64,000 nt of DNA from Epithemia pelagica (Eukaryota > Protista > Bacillariophyta). The stretch is taken from the NCBI GenBank assembly GCA_946965045.2, contig OX337228.1:992001-1056000 (forward strand), read 5' to 3'. Each line of letters starts with the position of its first letter. The first letter of the stretch is position 1. The position numbers were made by a program, and so were the translations under genes. Positions 46,438 to 57,254 of the stretch are shown here, in pieces. Under the pieces are notes generated by a model. That model saw nothing but the letters and a program-made list of their open reading frames with translations, ran no database searches and was not told the DNA's origin.

Positions 46438-46698
46438 CAGAGTGTTTCTCCAGAACGAGCCTTCCAATATCTCCGCCCCGCAGCAGCAACGACAAGAAGA
46501 GGTGTGAGCGTGCGTTTGTTGTTTGGAACCACGCAATGACGACGTCGACGACAGTTCCAGAGGCCCCCACAGAGTTTCTCCCATCCAACTCCAAGACGCG
46601 CGGGCGTGATACCATCGACAGGATGTAGACGTGTTGTTGCACGGCAAAAGAGTTGTGTTGTTGTGGTTGTGTTAAACTTTTTCGGTGTCGCGTTCTCA

Positions 46699-48003
46699 TC
46701 AACACCCCGATGACGGGATGTGATCTTGAAGGGCACAAATCGAGGCTTGGCAGGTGTCTGGATTCGGATGAGCTCCAAAACAGGCGGGTTCATGAAGGGA
46801 GGGAAACACGAGTTTGGCTTCGGGACAATGTTGGAGCAGGGTTTCTCGATCGGCCCACGTCAAGTGCGCCAGAGTTCCCGACACGATGCGAGGAATGTGC
46901 TGGAGTTGGCCCTTCTTGTCGTGGTGGTTGCTGTTGGTCGTCAAATTGGTGACACCGCCCCAGACATGAGTTTGTGCCGGCGTCGCCAAGCGTACGGCCG
47001 GCCCTGCGGAGGAGGAGTTGTGGGAATGGCGGTTCATGTGGTCCACGACATGCAAGGTCCACAAATGTTCGGCCGTCTTTGTACCGAGTGTGAGTTGGTG
47101 TTGCGTGGCATGGTCCAGGATGCGCAACATGACGGATCGTCGTCGAAACGAATGTGTGGATCCATCTCCACCATGACCATAATGTTGCGTCCAGGGTGTA
47201 CCCAGGTAATCCACCGTGGCCCAGTCCAGAGAGACTGATGGATCAAAATGATTGCTACAAAAGGCACCATTGCCAGTAAACAACAAGACCTGTTCGGCCA
47301 GCAGGGCCTCCCAAAACCAACGACTGCTCGTGATATGCTTGGGTTTCAGTCGTCCAAATTGCTGTTGCAGCAGCTGCTGCAAGTCATTGGGAATGGGAGT
47401 AAAAACGATGCGATCATGACCCTGCTCGTACCAGGACCGAATGGTGGGATGCCACGCCAGGACGGTTTGGTGAAAAAAGTCGCCATGATAAATCACTTGA
47501 ATCTTCCACGATGGGGGTAGGTTGACGAGAGCATTTTGAATCATGGCCGTGTACCGCAAATGAAACCAGTGCGGAGCTCGAAACAACAATGTCGCCGCCA
47601 CACCTTCCGTAGTAGTTGTAGTTGACGTGGTGGAAGTGGAGTGACTGGTCGTCGTCGTCGTGTCTTGGCGAAAAGGAATGCGATCCAGTGGGACCGTTGG
47701 AGGAACGATAGTACTACGAGCAGACTTGTCGTCGTCGTTGTTGTTCTCCTCCTGTTCACGACAGGCTGTGGTCGAACCCGACGGCTGCGACCACACGGCC
47801 GATGACGACAACGACGAATGATGGCCATTCGGGAGGAGGAGTTGCTGTTGGCGGTGCAGCAATCCCACCAACAAAATCCATTGAATGGCAATAATGAGGA
47901 GCAAGCAGCCGGACTGCTTCGGTGCACGAATACCACCACCACCACAACATCGGTCCACCCCAAGAGTAGTAGCAGCAGCCGCACGAACCCTCACGGCTGC
48001 CAT
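46699..48003 (-). CDS. DUF5672-like type II membrane protein (putative glycosyltransferase fold)
   Basis: TM anchor; NLPPSWKIQV, FWEALLAEQVLLF, DYLGTPW and GGDGSTHSFRRRSVML motifs. Confidence 0.75.
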   Translation of the reverse strand: MAAVRVRAAAATTLGVDRCCGGGGIRAPKQSGCLLLIIAIQWILLVGLLHRQQQLLLPNGHHSSLSSSAVWSQPSGSTTACREQEENNNDDDKSARSTIVPPTVPLDRIPFRQDTTTTTSHSTSTTSTTTTTEGVAATLLFRAPHWFHLRYTAMIQNALVNLPPSWKIQVIYHGDFFHQTVLAWHPTIRSWYEQGHDRIVFTPIPNDLQQLLQQQFGRLKPKHITSSRWFWEALLAEQVLLFTGNGAFCSNHFDPSVSLDWATVDYLGTPWTQHYGHGGDGSTHSFRRRSVMLRILDHATQHQLTLGTKTAEHLWTLHVVDHMNRHSHNSSSAGPAVRLATPAQTHVWGGVTNLTTNSNHHDKKGQLQHIPRIVSGTLAHLTWADRETLLQHCPEAKLVFPSLHEPACFGAHPNPDTCQASICALQDHIPSSGC

Positions 48004-48152
48004 GGTGTGCTCGTCCGGTCACGGACAAAAAATGACTTTGGACCAAAACTAGTAGGGGTATTATGTTGGCAGCAGATAATCGAGTCCCTAATCGAGGGTC
48101 GCCAGTCAGTCACGCAATCGGGAAGTTCACGTAACTTTTGTGCGATCGCGAA

Positions 48153-50564
48153 ATGAATGTGGCGACGACGAGGAGAACAATAGAAGAGAGACAAGAAACA
48201 ATCCTCATCATCATGCCATTGTCGTCGTCGGCTGCTGCTGCCAGCGGCCAGGAGAAGAACGAGAAGACGGTGGGGGAGGCTGGACGACAAGTACGAGGAG
48301 GAGGAGTTGTTTGGTCCTTGTGTTTGTCCCTCCAAACTCCGAGTGCGGAGAAACCGGCGCCGGCAAACACAACGAAACGGCGTCGTGGCAAACCAAAGCC
48401 ACCACCACCACCAGGTACTCCACCCATTCGTGGGACGACGCGATGCATTGTACAACTCGCACCCACCACTTTGGTATCGACCTTGTTTCAAGCAGCACAC
48501 GACCAATTTGTCGTGTTGCCACACAAGAATACGGATCCAACCACAGACACGGTGCAGTTGCAAGTGACGGGCCTTCAATTTGGATTTCCACCCCAACGAT
48601 TGGATCCATCTAATACTACTTCAAACCAGCAAACCTTGGAGAAAGCGGGCCTTTTAAATCAAGAAAAAATTATCGTCACCATTGCATGGGTCCCCAAGAA
48701 GACGAAGAAGAACCAACCATCGAACGTGGAGACGACCCACGAAACAACAACCACAACCACCAGTGTCGAGAACACCATTCCACATTCCAACAAAGAACAA
48801 GACGAAGAACAAGACAGTCCGACCACCAAGACGAGACGAACCAGTCGTCGTGCGGCGGCGCAAAAAGCGACCGAATCCTTTGCCCAAGTCATTCGAGCCC
48901 AAGAAGAACAGGCACTGCAGCAACAAGCAACCACCCGCACCAAACGCCGCAACCCCAACAATTCCCCCTCCAAAAAGGCATCTCCTTCCTCACCCAGCAA
49001 TAGCAAACCCAATCCCAAATTTGCCGCATCGAGTACGACGGGTCGACGATTACAAGATGGCGCGACTGTCGTACCTCGAAAACGTTCTCGGCCTACTAGT
49101 AATAGTACTAGCAGCAACGTCGTGGGGGCGGCGAGGGACGATCCTTCCATGGCCCTGTTGGGAACCTTGGAGCAACCTTCCCACACGCGTCATGGACGAC
49201 TCATGAGACAAGGATGGAAACAGGCCGTGAATGACCGATACGAACAAAACAAGGCCGTGGCACGGGTCGCCGCATGGGCCATTCCCCACGCAGTGCGCTG
49301 GGTGGTGGAACCGCCCGTGCCACCACAAAACGACGGCAACAAGGACGACAACAACGATACGACAAATACCACGACGCCACGAACCTTGCATGTCAGCTTT
49401 CCCAAGGGTGTCCAAGGACGAGGCACGTACCAGGAATCGGTCGATTACTTGCCTGTCTCCGTCTTGAAACAAGTGATTGCCTCCATTCATCCAACCAATC
49501 GGGAAACCTTGCGACCCTCCAACCTGGCTCTGCTGTCACCCCGAGTGTTGTGGTCCCTGGCCTATCATGATTGGTGCACACCACACCATGATTTGTTGGA
49601 CCAGGAAGAATCGTCCTCAACGACACGAGTCCGAACCATGGAAGGTGCCTTGCAATCCCTCTTGCCCGACTTGGACTGGTCCTTTTTGCGACGACGCCCA
49701 CAAGAATTATCGGCCAAGGCCAAGGAAAATCTGCGGCAACAACAAGAGCAACAACAACAAGAACAACAACAATCACAAGCGGAGAATTGGCAAGCTGCGG
49801 CAGCCGCAATTCTGTCCGTGGAACAAGCCATGAATCAAGTAGAGGTGCTGGATCAACACCATCGTCAGGCCCAAATTCTCCAAGCCGTCGAACGGCGTCA
49901 CCAACCACAACAACCACATGATGGTGATCCGAACTCATCGTGGTCGATTGTGACACCCTCCGAAGTGGATCAACAAGAATTGTTGGCCTGCATCCAAGAA
50001 CAATTGCCACCCGCCGAGTGGAAGCTCTCGACAGAGGACATTGTGGAGCAGTTGATTCAGTCCTCGATTCGAAATTGGCGAGAATTGGCCAATGTCGAGT
50101 CGGCCACCACCTTGGCCCAGCAATTGCTGACAGCCGGCACGTTGACTCCACCAATTACAATCGGTATGGAGGTGGCCGTTCCCATGGTCCAAGAATGGAT
50201 CGAACGATCCCAACAAGAGTCGGTGGAAGAAATTATTTTGGAAGTGTGCGATGGCAATCTAGCCGCGGTGGAATTGCTTCGGGACGAGGCTCAAACGGGA
50301 ACACCTCAAGATTTGGCGCAGTGGCGATTCATTGTTCCCGAATTGCATTCCTTGTTACGCGAACGTCGGCAACAACAAGTGGAGACGGGAATGGACCAAG
50401 CAACCAACAACAACAATCCCAACCACCACCATGTACCGGAACTCCCGTCTCTGTCGGATTTGGAAAAATGGTGCCATCAGGCTCATCAAGCCATTGATCA
50501 ATTCCCATGGTTGAAACAAATTGTCACTCCACTACTGGCGGTCGCGGAGATTCCGGAACCATGA
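48153..50564 (+). CDS. Unknown protein with N-terminal UBX/ubiquitin-like domain
   Basis: Long ORF with ATG at 48153. LQFGFPPQRL...TLEKAGLLNQEKIIV resembles UBX/OTU1-type ubiquitin-like folds. Confidence 0.7.
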   Translation: MNVATTRRTIEERQETILIIMPLSSSAAAASGQEKNEKTVGEAGRQVRGGGVVWSLCLSLQTPSAEKPAPANTTKRRRGKPKPPPPPGTPPIRGTTRCIVQLAPTTLVSTLFQAAHDQFVVLPHKNTDPTTDTVQLQVTGLQFGFPPQRLDPSNTTSNQQTLEKAGLLNQEKIIVTIAWVPKKTKKNQPSNVETTHETTTTTTSVENTIPHSNKEQDEEQDSPTTKTRRTSRRAAAQKATESFAQVIRAQEEQALQQQATTRTKRRNPNNSPSKKASPSSPSNSKPNPKFAASSTTGRRLQDGATVVPRKRSRPTSNSTSSNVVGAARDDPSMALLGTLEQPSHTRHGRLMRQGWKQAVNDRYEQNKAVARVAAWAIPHAVRWVVEPPVPPQNDGNKDDNNDTTNTTTPRTLHVSFPKGVQGRGTYQESVDYLPVSVLKQVIASIHPTNRETLRPSNLALLSPRVLWSLAYHDWCTPHHDLLDQEESSSTTRVRTMEGALQSLLPDLDWSFLRRRPQELSAKAKENLRQQQEQQQQEQQQSQAENWQAAAAAILSVEQAMNQVEVLDQHHRQAQILQAVERRHQPQQPHDGDPNSSWSIVTPSEVDQQELLACIQEQLPPAEWKLSTEDIVEQLIQSSIRNWRELANVESATTLAQQLLTAGTLTPPITIGMEVAVPMVQEWIERSQQESVEEIILEVCDGNLAAVELLRDEAQTGTPQDLAQWRFIVPELHSLLRERRQQQVETGMDQATNNNNPNHHHVPELPSLSDLEKWCHQAHQAIDQFPWLKQIVTPLLAVAEIPEP

Positions 50565-50730
50565 GAATACCATGCCAGATGGTACCATCAAAACCCCATT
50601 CTCCAGTTTCAGACCCATTGTTCATACGAGATTTCTTTGTGTGTTTGTTGGATGGTTCGTTATGCTTGTTCAAGCGTCACTGGTCCTTGTTTGATGATAG
50701 GATTGCGTTCGCTTGTCATTTCCCCCAAGA

Positions 50731-51971
50731 TAGTAGAGGCAGTCCAGGACTTGTGGCTCATTCGCTCTGAAACTCCTTGGTCAGTCGATTACAAGACAGG
50801 GGAGTTTAATAATATCAATAGACATTTAAAACCTTCAGTTTCGCCCGAGGGCGGAAGCACAAATCATGGGGTCATGGTTTGTCATTGTCTAAAATGAAAC
50901 GCATTGTAGATGTGTGTGTGTCGACCTTGGACGTTTCTTTCTATAGTACCACATGTTCGTTCTTAACGCCATTCGTAAGGAACGCGTTTTAAGCACTAGC
51001 GAGCAACTAATTTACTACTCGCATAAAATTTATGGGATTAGTGATTATGCTCGCTTATACTGCTCGCGCCTTAACCGTGTTTGAAAACAGATCGTTTTAA
51101 CTTCGAGTACAAATTTATTGATAGTGAGAATTTTTTGTCATCTTAGTCGCTCTTTTTTAACTTGAGCGACCGCCTGCGACGACCATGAGAGACAATGAGG
51201 ACGGACAATGAAAATGGCATGGATCATCTTCCAGTGATGCCAAGCCAGGTGAGAATGGATGAAATAAAGCCATATGATCAAGACAGATGGTATGTGGAGG
51301 CCAAAGTTGACGAAGGAAAGATGCAATGTGTCGAAAAAGGGTCAATGGTATGAAGCTGGAAAAACATGGTCTGAGAGAGAGAAATGGCAAATGCTCATCG
51401 GAGGCATTTGCAAATCACATGTAAAGGCACAGTCCTATAGTTCATGTTATTTTACACCAGAATGGAAGGTCTTGGCATTTGTTATTGGCTATTGACTGTG
51501 TCCGTAGCATTCAAAGTTGGGCCATGGTCGATGGATTCAAAAAATCATGAAAATTGCTGAAATTTTGACGGCCAAAACCACGGTGATCATGTGAAAATTA
51601 GTGTAGACTATCATATATCAATGTGTTTGGAATTTCAAGTTCTACCAAAAGCAAGCTATAAGAAACACAACAAATTGAAATTGACAAAGATAGGACGACT
51701 TGAAATTATGGGAGTAGTGTATTTACTACTCAAAATTATGCGAGTAGTGTATTTACTGCCCGATTACGAATGGCGTTAATAGATACTACTACTCTTTGAC
51801 AGCAGTCAGATACAGATGTGCTTGCGACAACAAAAACCAGCCACAAGAATGCGCCATGGATCCAATCCCCGCAAAGGACGGAGGCAGGAGTAAGGCTGTT
51901 GGAATAATGAGACAGGTTGTTCCACGGGTTTTTGTGTCATCCTCACGCTTCCTTGTTCGGGTCCTCGTCGT
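50731..51971. repeat. Copy 1 of a diverged direct repeat (interrupted by a TIR element)
   Basis: Colinear with 54251-54927, sharing blocks tccttggtcag, gagggcggaagcacaaa, tagatactactactctttgacagcagtcag, gatgtgcttgcgacaacaaaa, gttgttccacggg and gttcgggtcctcgtcgt. Confidence 0.88.
50967..51775. mobile_element. 809-bp non-autonomous TIR element at a TTAA (or TA) site
   Basis: TTAA|CGCCATTCGTAA...TTACGAATGGCG|TTAA. Subterminal aaattatg(g/c)gagtagt repeats. The empty site is visible in repeat copy 2 (~54480). Confidence 0.88.
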
Positions 51972-53382
51972 ATTCATCATAGTAATCAGGCACCCTGGCA
52001 TTTGCACGTGCCCACCATGGAACGGTTGGGCGTTCGCCGTATATTTCACCCAATTGATCGGCAAGGCGTTGCAACATCATTTCATCTTCTTCTGCCTTTG
52101 CTTTCTTCTTTTCCCTGTCTGACATGTCAAATCCTGCCAAGTCTTGGTCAGCAACTTGAGGCAATGAAATCCACAAACGTTTATTGTCCGTGTAATTACG
52201 CTCGTTGGGTGAATCAAGCAGCTGCAAGAAGTCATCCCAGGCCTTGCTGCCATGGGCATAGACTTTGGATGTTATTGTGAATTCGTCGGAAAAGAAGAAA
52301 AGTTCCCACTTTGTATTGCAATCGGTTGCAAGAAGGACAACAGCTTTCTTGAAGGCGCTTGCTGTAGACAGAGACAATAGCTGCCACAAATGCTGCCCAA
52401 GCTTCAGAGGGTACCTAGTGGTCTTGAGTTCGACAAGTCCCCTTGCAAAGTCAAAGGTCGAACCTTTGTTGATGTCAGTTGCAGTGCCGATTAAAATATC
52501 ACTCGTTCCCGTGGCACTTTTGCGATTTCCATGTACTTTTGGGAGTTTCGCACCAGTAACTTCCTTGAAGTCATACACACTGGTCGACCTCAAGAAATTT
52601 TCTTTCAGCCATTCAACTGCCCCTTGAGTACCTGCTTGTTTGCCCTTATCCCATGTATCTCCCTCTCTTGTTCGAACGGTCCAGTGGAACGGCTGGGGAT
52701 CTTCAAAGGACCCGGTGGAATGAACAACCTGTTTCATCCGATGATGCTTGACATGATAAGCGGCTAGAATTGACTCTACCCAGTCTGTCGAAGCCTTTGA
52801 CATGTCCTTATTTTGGGTTTTATCATCGTTCTGATTTCTAAGTAACTCTGATATTTCTGTCATTTCCTTGGCTTCTCACGCAGTCCATTTTATGAATCAC
52901 AATTGGAGTGATTGTTTACATGTTAGCAAAGAGAAATGAAAGAAGAAATTCAACAAGACACGAACGAACCAAATCTGAAACACTTCTTACCCTTTACTTG
53001 CTGTGGAGGACCCAATATGTACGTCCCATCGTTCAGTGAACCCACCACAATCCGCGCATCCAGGTACAACCAAAAGGATGTGAGATTGTGCTCTCATCAA
53101 ATACCAAGTTCCACAGAAAACGTTATCTAAAACACTTACCGTAGGCTTGAATCTATTGCTCAAACTCATCGCTTTTGCAGTAGAAAATCCGACTCGTTCC
53201 AGCTGACTACTGCTCATGCCAAGCAGCGAGTATGACTCTTTAAATTCCTGTTCCATAAGTTTGTTTGCTGCCGTATCAACATCGTCCTCATCAACGTTTC
53301 TCTTCCTCAACCAGTCTTTCAAGTCGTCGACTGAATCAAACCTTACGTTGTCCTCTGTTTCGTCCATCGTGGTTGCTGTCAT
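51943..53382 (-). CDS. Crinkler/CR-type protein: SAM-like header plus PD-(D/E)xK restriction-endonuclease-fold domain
   Basis: Exon 1 (53382-53140, SVDDLKDWL...LLGMS...LSNRFK) ends at a GTAAGT donor. C-terminal exon has GTSD...VELKT...Q..QLLSLS...VVLLATD...WELF. Exact splicing is uncertain. Confidence 0.7.
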
Positions 53383-53403
53383 ATGGTTTTGGGTTTTTTG
53401 CCC

Positions 53404-53487
53404 GCTGTGAAAAGAGGTATACAGGAAAACTGCAACCGCTGAGTGGCTGTGAAAAGAGGTTCACAGGAAAACTGCAACCGCTGAGTG
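53404..53487. repeat. 42-bp tandem duplication upstream of the CR-type gene
   Basis: gctgtgaaaagagg..caggaaaactgcaaccgctgagtg at 53404 and 53446. Confidence 0.9.
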
Positions 53488-53499
53488 GAACAGGACAGT

Positions 53500-54250
53500 A
53501 TACCCCCTTGCGGAGGGTGAGTCGCACGGTCGAGCCTTTGTGCGTTCCTATTATACTCACCCCACGGCGCGAGGTGTATGCTCTCGATACTGACACAAAG
53601 CACCTCACGCCCTCCACTCATTCAGTATGGTGGCAGAGGTGCAGTGGTCGGAATCAAGGTCTTTCATGTCCACCCCCTCTCACAAACGTCGTCGTCGGTC
53701 TCAAAAGGCCGTGCGAGAGTCGTGTGCAGATGGATTTGTCCTTACGCGAGTTGGTAATACTGCCAACAACACAAGAAAGGGTATTGCAAAAAATCCACCT
53801 TCCCTCTCCAACGAACCAAGCCGCTCCTCGACCGAAGACACTGCTTCCGTTCCTCCTTCGGCGTCCTCGAACGTCCCCCCATCTTCTGTCGTTGCCTACG
53901 AAACACCAAACCCGCAGAAACAAGCTCCCCAAGAGGGAGCAGCATTATCAGAACCCTCCACCTTCTTGGACCTTGCTGCAGCAAACGATCTGTCAACAAT
54001 CCCCTCATCCCATGGCAGTACTGTCTCGATTATTCGCCTTCAAGGCCTGCGCCTTTCTCCGTCTCATCCGTCTCTTTCAACGCAAAACCTTCCTCGACCT
54101 ATGCGCGACTCACTCTCTGAAAGGAACACAGCGAAAAAAAAGGGATTGGCACGGAACTTACCCTGAACATCCGGGTTGGTTTTACGAACTAGAGGGTCGT
54201 TAAGCGGTCTAGGTAGACCTATATTCCTTTGGTAGTGTGAACGAATGCAC
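53500..54250 (+). mobile_element. Single, truncated terminus related to the 22250-23369 element family
   Basis: atacccccttgcggagggtgagt ... caccccacggcgcgagg ... ctcgatactgacacaaagcacc resembles the ends of 22250-23369. No partner TIR found. Confidence 0.55.
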
Positions 54251-54927
54251 TAGTTGAGAGGCAGGACTTCTGGTTCATCCGCTCTTGAAGTCCTTGGTCA
54301 GTGGTTTACAAGAGAGGAGTTTTAATAATATCAATGGGCATTGAAAAGCCTTCAATTTTGCCTGAGGGCGGAAGCACAAAATCATGGGGTCATGGTTTGC
54401 AATTGTCTAGAATGAAACGCATTGTAGATGTGTTTGTGTCGACCTTGGACGTTTTTTTCTATAGTACCACATGTTCTTTCTTACTAGATACTACTACTCT
54501 TTGACAGCAGTCAGCATGATGATGATGAATGTACGCCTCGGATCCATTTCATTGTGAGGAAAAAGAGAACATGGGATCTGTTCTGGAGCTGGACGACGAC
54601 AAGATTCCGATACAGATGTGCTTGCGACAACAAAACCAGCCACAAGAATGCGCCATGGATCCAATCAAAGCAACGGACGGAGGATCGAGATTGTGTGCCT
54701 CGATCCTAGTAGTGTGGTTGCTGGAATAATCATTGTCTCGTATTCTCCAAATGCACTCTACTTCTTCTTCCTCTTGGTTGTCGTCGTCTTGAGCGACAGG
54801 GGATGATGAGAGTAGAACAAGTTGTTCCACGGGCTTTTGTGCGACGTAGCTGCGATTGGAGAGTCACACACTAACACATTTTCTTCTCCAGTGGCGGCCA
54901 TGCTCACGCGTTCGGGTCCTCGTCGTC
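54251..54927. repeat. Copy 2 of the diverged direct repeat, including the D-LDH 3' UTR and last codons
   Basis: See copy 1. Confidence 0.88.
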
Positions 54928-56961
54928 GTCCTCGTCGTTATGGAGAAAAATTTTGCCGGGATTCATGAGATTGGAGGGATCCAAGGCTTGTTTGACCAGT
55001 TTCATGGTATGGAGTGTGTCGGCCGAATATTGTTGTTGCAAATAATGTCGTTTACTGATCCCAATGCCATGTTCTCCCGTACAAGTTCCTCCCGCGGCCA
55101 AGGTCCGTTGAATCAACCTGGTTTGAATCCGCTGCAACTTTTGCCAATACTCGTGGGCCTCGGGATTGTTTTTCCCAAGGTATTGGTCGGGAACGGCCAA
55201 GATGCAATGAAAATTGCCATCGCCGGCATGTCCAAAACAGGGTCCCAAAACGCCGTCTTCCTGGGCCACGTCGTGCGCCGTGGCCACCAAGACGTTGGCC
55301 AATTGGGACAGGGGGACACAGGCATCGGTGACCACGGCTTGGGCATTGGCACCTCCTCCCGCAGCAATGGCATTGTAATACAAACTATGTCGAGCCTTCC
55401 ACAATTCGTGACGATCCTGAACATCGTAGGCCAATTCAAAGACCTGACGACGAGAACTAGAAGAAGATGCCGTGTCGCCGTCGTCGTCGTCCGTAGGTTC
55501 CTGTACCAAAAGATCTCGCACTAATTCCACTTGTTCGTGTAAGGCGGCTTCTGTCACGGCCGCCAATTCCAAAAACAAGGCGGGTTGTTGTGCGGCACTG
55601 GTCGTCGTTGTACTGGTTAGTTCACCCGTGGCCTTGTTGTTGTCGTCCTTGTCGTCATGAGGAGGATGACTAGCTTGTTGTTGTCGCGAGTGTTCAAAGA
55701 CTTGCATGGCGGTGGCATCCAAGAGTTCACATCGGACCAAATCGACACTGCATTGCAACAGCAACGAGACGGCTTGGGCGGCTTGGTGGAGGGTGGGAAA
55801 GGTACAAAAGACGGCCACCAAGTGGGCCGGTACCGGATGCAATTTCACCGTCAATTGTGTAATAATTCCCAAGGTTCCTTCACTGCCAATCAACAGGGAC
55901 GTCAAGTCGTAGCCCGCGGCATTTTTCAACGCCTTGCTCCCCGTTTCAATCACCAGGGGAAGACGATGGTCGTCGTCGTCCTGGTTGGGAGGAATGTTGC
56001 CGTCTGGTTTGTTGTTCTTGTGGTTGTTGCGAGTGGAAGAGGATGCTGTTCCATTCGAATACTGTGCCAAGACGGCTGTGACACTCAGGACATTGTCCTT
56101 CATGGTTCCCCACTTGACCGTGGTGGTCCCCGAAGCACCCGTGGCGGCCATGCCTCCCAGCGTAGCATCGGCTCCTGGATCGACCGAAAACAAGTAACCA
56201 CTGGATTTCAAGGCGGCTTGCAATTGCAAGCGTGTGACACCGGCATCGACCACGGCATACGCATCACTGTCGTCAGCATGGGGATTGGGAAGAACATGAA
56301 TGGTCGTCATGTACTTGGCCACATCAATCGAGAGGGTATCCGGTTGAACGGCAGCCACATGACCTTCCAAGGACGTGCCGGCTCCAAAGGGAATCATGGC
56401 AATGTCATGTTGAAGACAATAGTGCACAACCTGTTGCACCTCGTGGGTCGATCGACAATACACAATCAAGGATGGTGGTTGACTGACATGATGCGATTCG
56501 CCTCGTCCATGACGATGCAATTCGTACCGATTGGTCGAAAATTCCAGGTCAGGAAAGTGTCGTGGCATGTCGACAAGAGCCTCTCGACGACGACGACGAG
56601 AAGAAGATGATGATGATTCGTCCATGGCGGTTGTTGCGGTGGTGGTCGGAGGCACTTCCTTTGTATTAGGAGAGGAGGCAAAGCTTCGTCTTATTAATCT
56701 TCTTGGAGAGTCTTGTTGTTGTTGCTGTTGTTTTTGTGAGAATGGATGATTCCTTCTGGGACCATTAGAATAGGAATAATGGTGGAATCCCCCAACCACC
56801 ACTGTTGGGAACGGGCAACGACAACCTATCGTTGTCATCGTCCTTGTTGTTGTTCCTGTGGAGCGCTTCTGCTGTACTACCAGCATCCGGCCGCCAGGAC
56901 CCATTCGTCGTGCTGATAGTGTTGCAAAGTGCTGGGCCATGCTTCTGCTGAAGCTCTTCAT
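54904..56961 (-). CDS. LDHD: FAD-linked D-lactate dehydrogenase (cytochrome), probably mitochondrial
   Basis: PFGAGTSLEGH, DPGADATLGGMAATGASG, GSEGTLGII, GHAGDGNFH, GTCTGEHGIG and MNPGKI motifs. Arg/Ser-rich presequence from ATG 56961. Confidence 0.9.
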   Translation of the reverse strand: MKSFSRSMAQHFATLSARRMGPGGRMLVVQQKRSTGTTTRTMTTIGCRCPFPTVVVGGFHHYSYSNGPRRNHPFSQKQQQQQQDSPRRLIRRSFASSPNTKEVPPTTTATTAMDESSSSSSRRRRREALVDMPRHFPDLEFSTNRYELHRHGRGESHHVSQPPSLIVYCRSTHEVQQVVHYCLQHDIAMIPFGAGTSLEGHVAAVQPDTLSIDVAKYMTTIHVLPNPHADDSDAYAVVDAGVTRLQLQAALKSSGYLFSVDPGADATLGGMAATGASGTTTVKWGTMKDNVLSVTAVLAQYSNGTASSSTRNNHKNNKPDGNIPPNQDDDDHRLPLVIETGSKALKNAAGYDLTSLLIGSEGTLGIITQLTVKLHPVPAHLVAVFCTFPTLHQAAQAVSLLLQCSVDLVRCELLDATAMQVFEHSRQQQASHPPHDDKDDNNKATGELTSTTTTSAAQQPALFLELAAVTEAALHEQVELVRDLLVQEPTDDDDGDTASSSSSRRQVFELAYDVQDRHELWKARHSLYYNAIAAGGGANAQAVVTDACVPLSQLANVLVATAHDVAQEDGVLGPCFGHAGDGNFHCILAVPDQYLGKNNPEAHEYWQKLQRIQTRLIQRTLAAGGTCTGEHGIGISKRHYLQQQYSADTLHTMKLVKQALDPSNLMNPGKIFLHNDEDDDEDPNA

Positions 56962-56994
56962 GATGATGATGATGATCCTTCTATGGATCCACCT

Positions 56995-57229
56995 TGCGAG
57001 TAGTGGAAAAGAACGGCGGTCTCTTTCCCATTGAGCAATCCGTAAAAGGATACTTGTTCTGATAATCACTATTATGTTAGGCCTAAATTCTCACTAAACT
57101 CACTACGATCTTTTCTTCAATATCTTGGATGAGTCATTCCATCCATTCGTTCACATCTACGTCGCTCATCATTCGTGATTGATGAGTCTTGTTGCCGAGT
57201 ATAAGCTTGCTACCCCAGCTATCCTCGCA
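56995..57229 (-). repeat. 3' LTR (235 bp)
   Basis: TG...CA with 6-bp terminal inverted repeat TGCGAG/CTCGCA. Identical to 63896-64000 over the 105 bp visible. Confidence 0.95.
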
Positions 57230-57240
57230 CTCCCTCTCAA
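57230..57240 (-). other. Polypurine tract
   Basis: TTGAGAGGGAG immediately precedes the 3' LTR on the element strand. Confidence 0.85.
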
Positions 57241-57254
57241 GCGCAATATCTCGG

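Noticed and set aside
54856-56610. Plus-strand ORFs of 222 and 317 aa
   Set aside because: Antisense shadows of D-LDH with no motifs.
56962-57069. LTR-derived in-frame N-terminal extension of D-LDH given by the ORF track
   Set aside because: The track's start at 57069 is GTG, not ATG, and there is no in-frame ATG in the LTR, so ATG 56961 is preferred.
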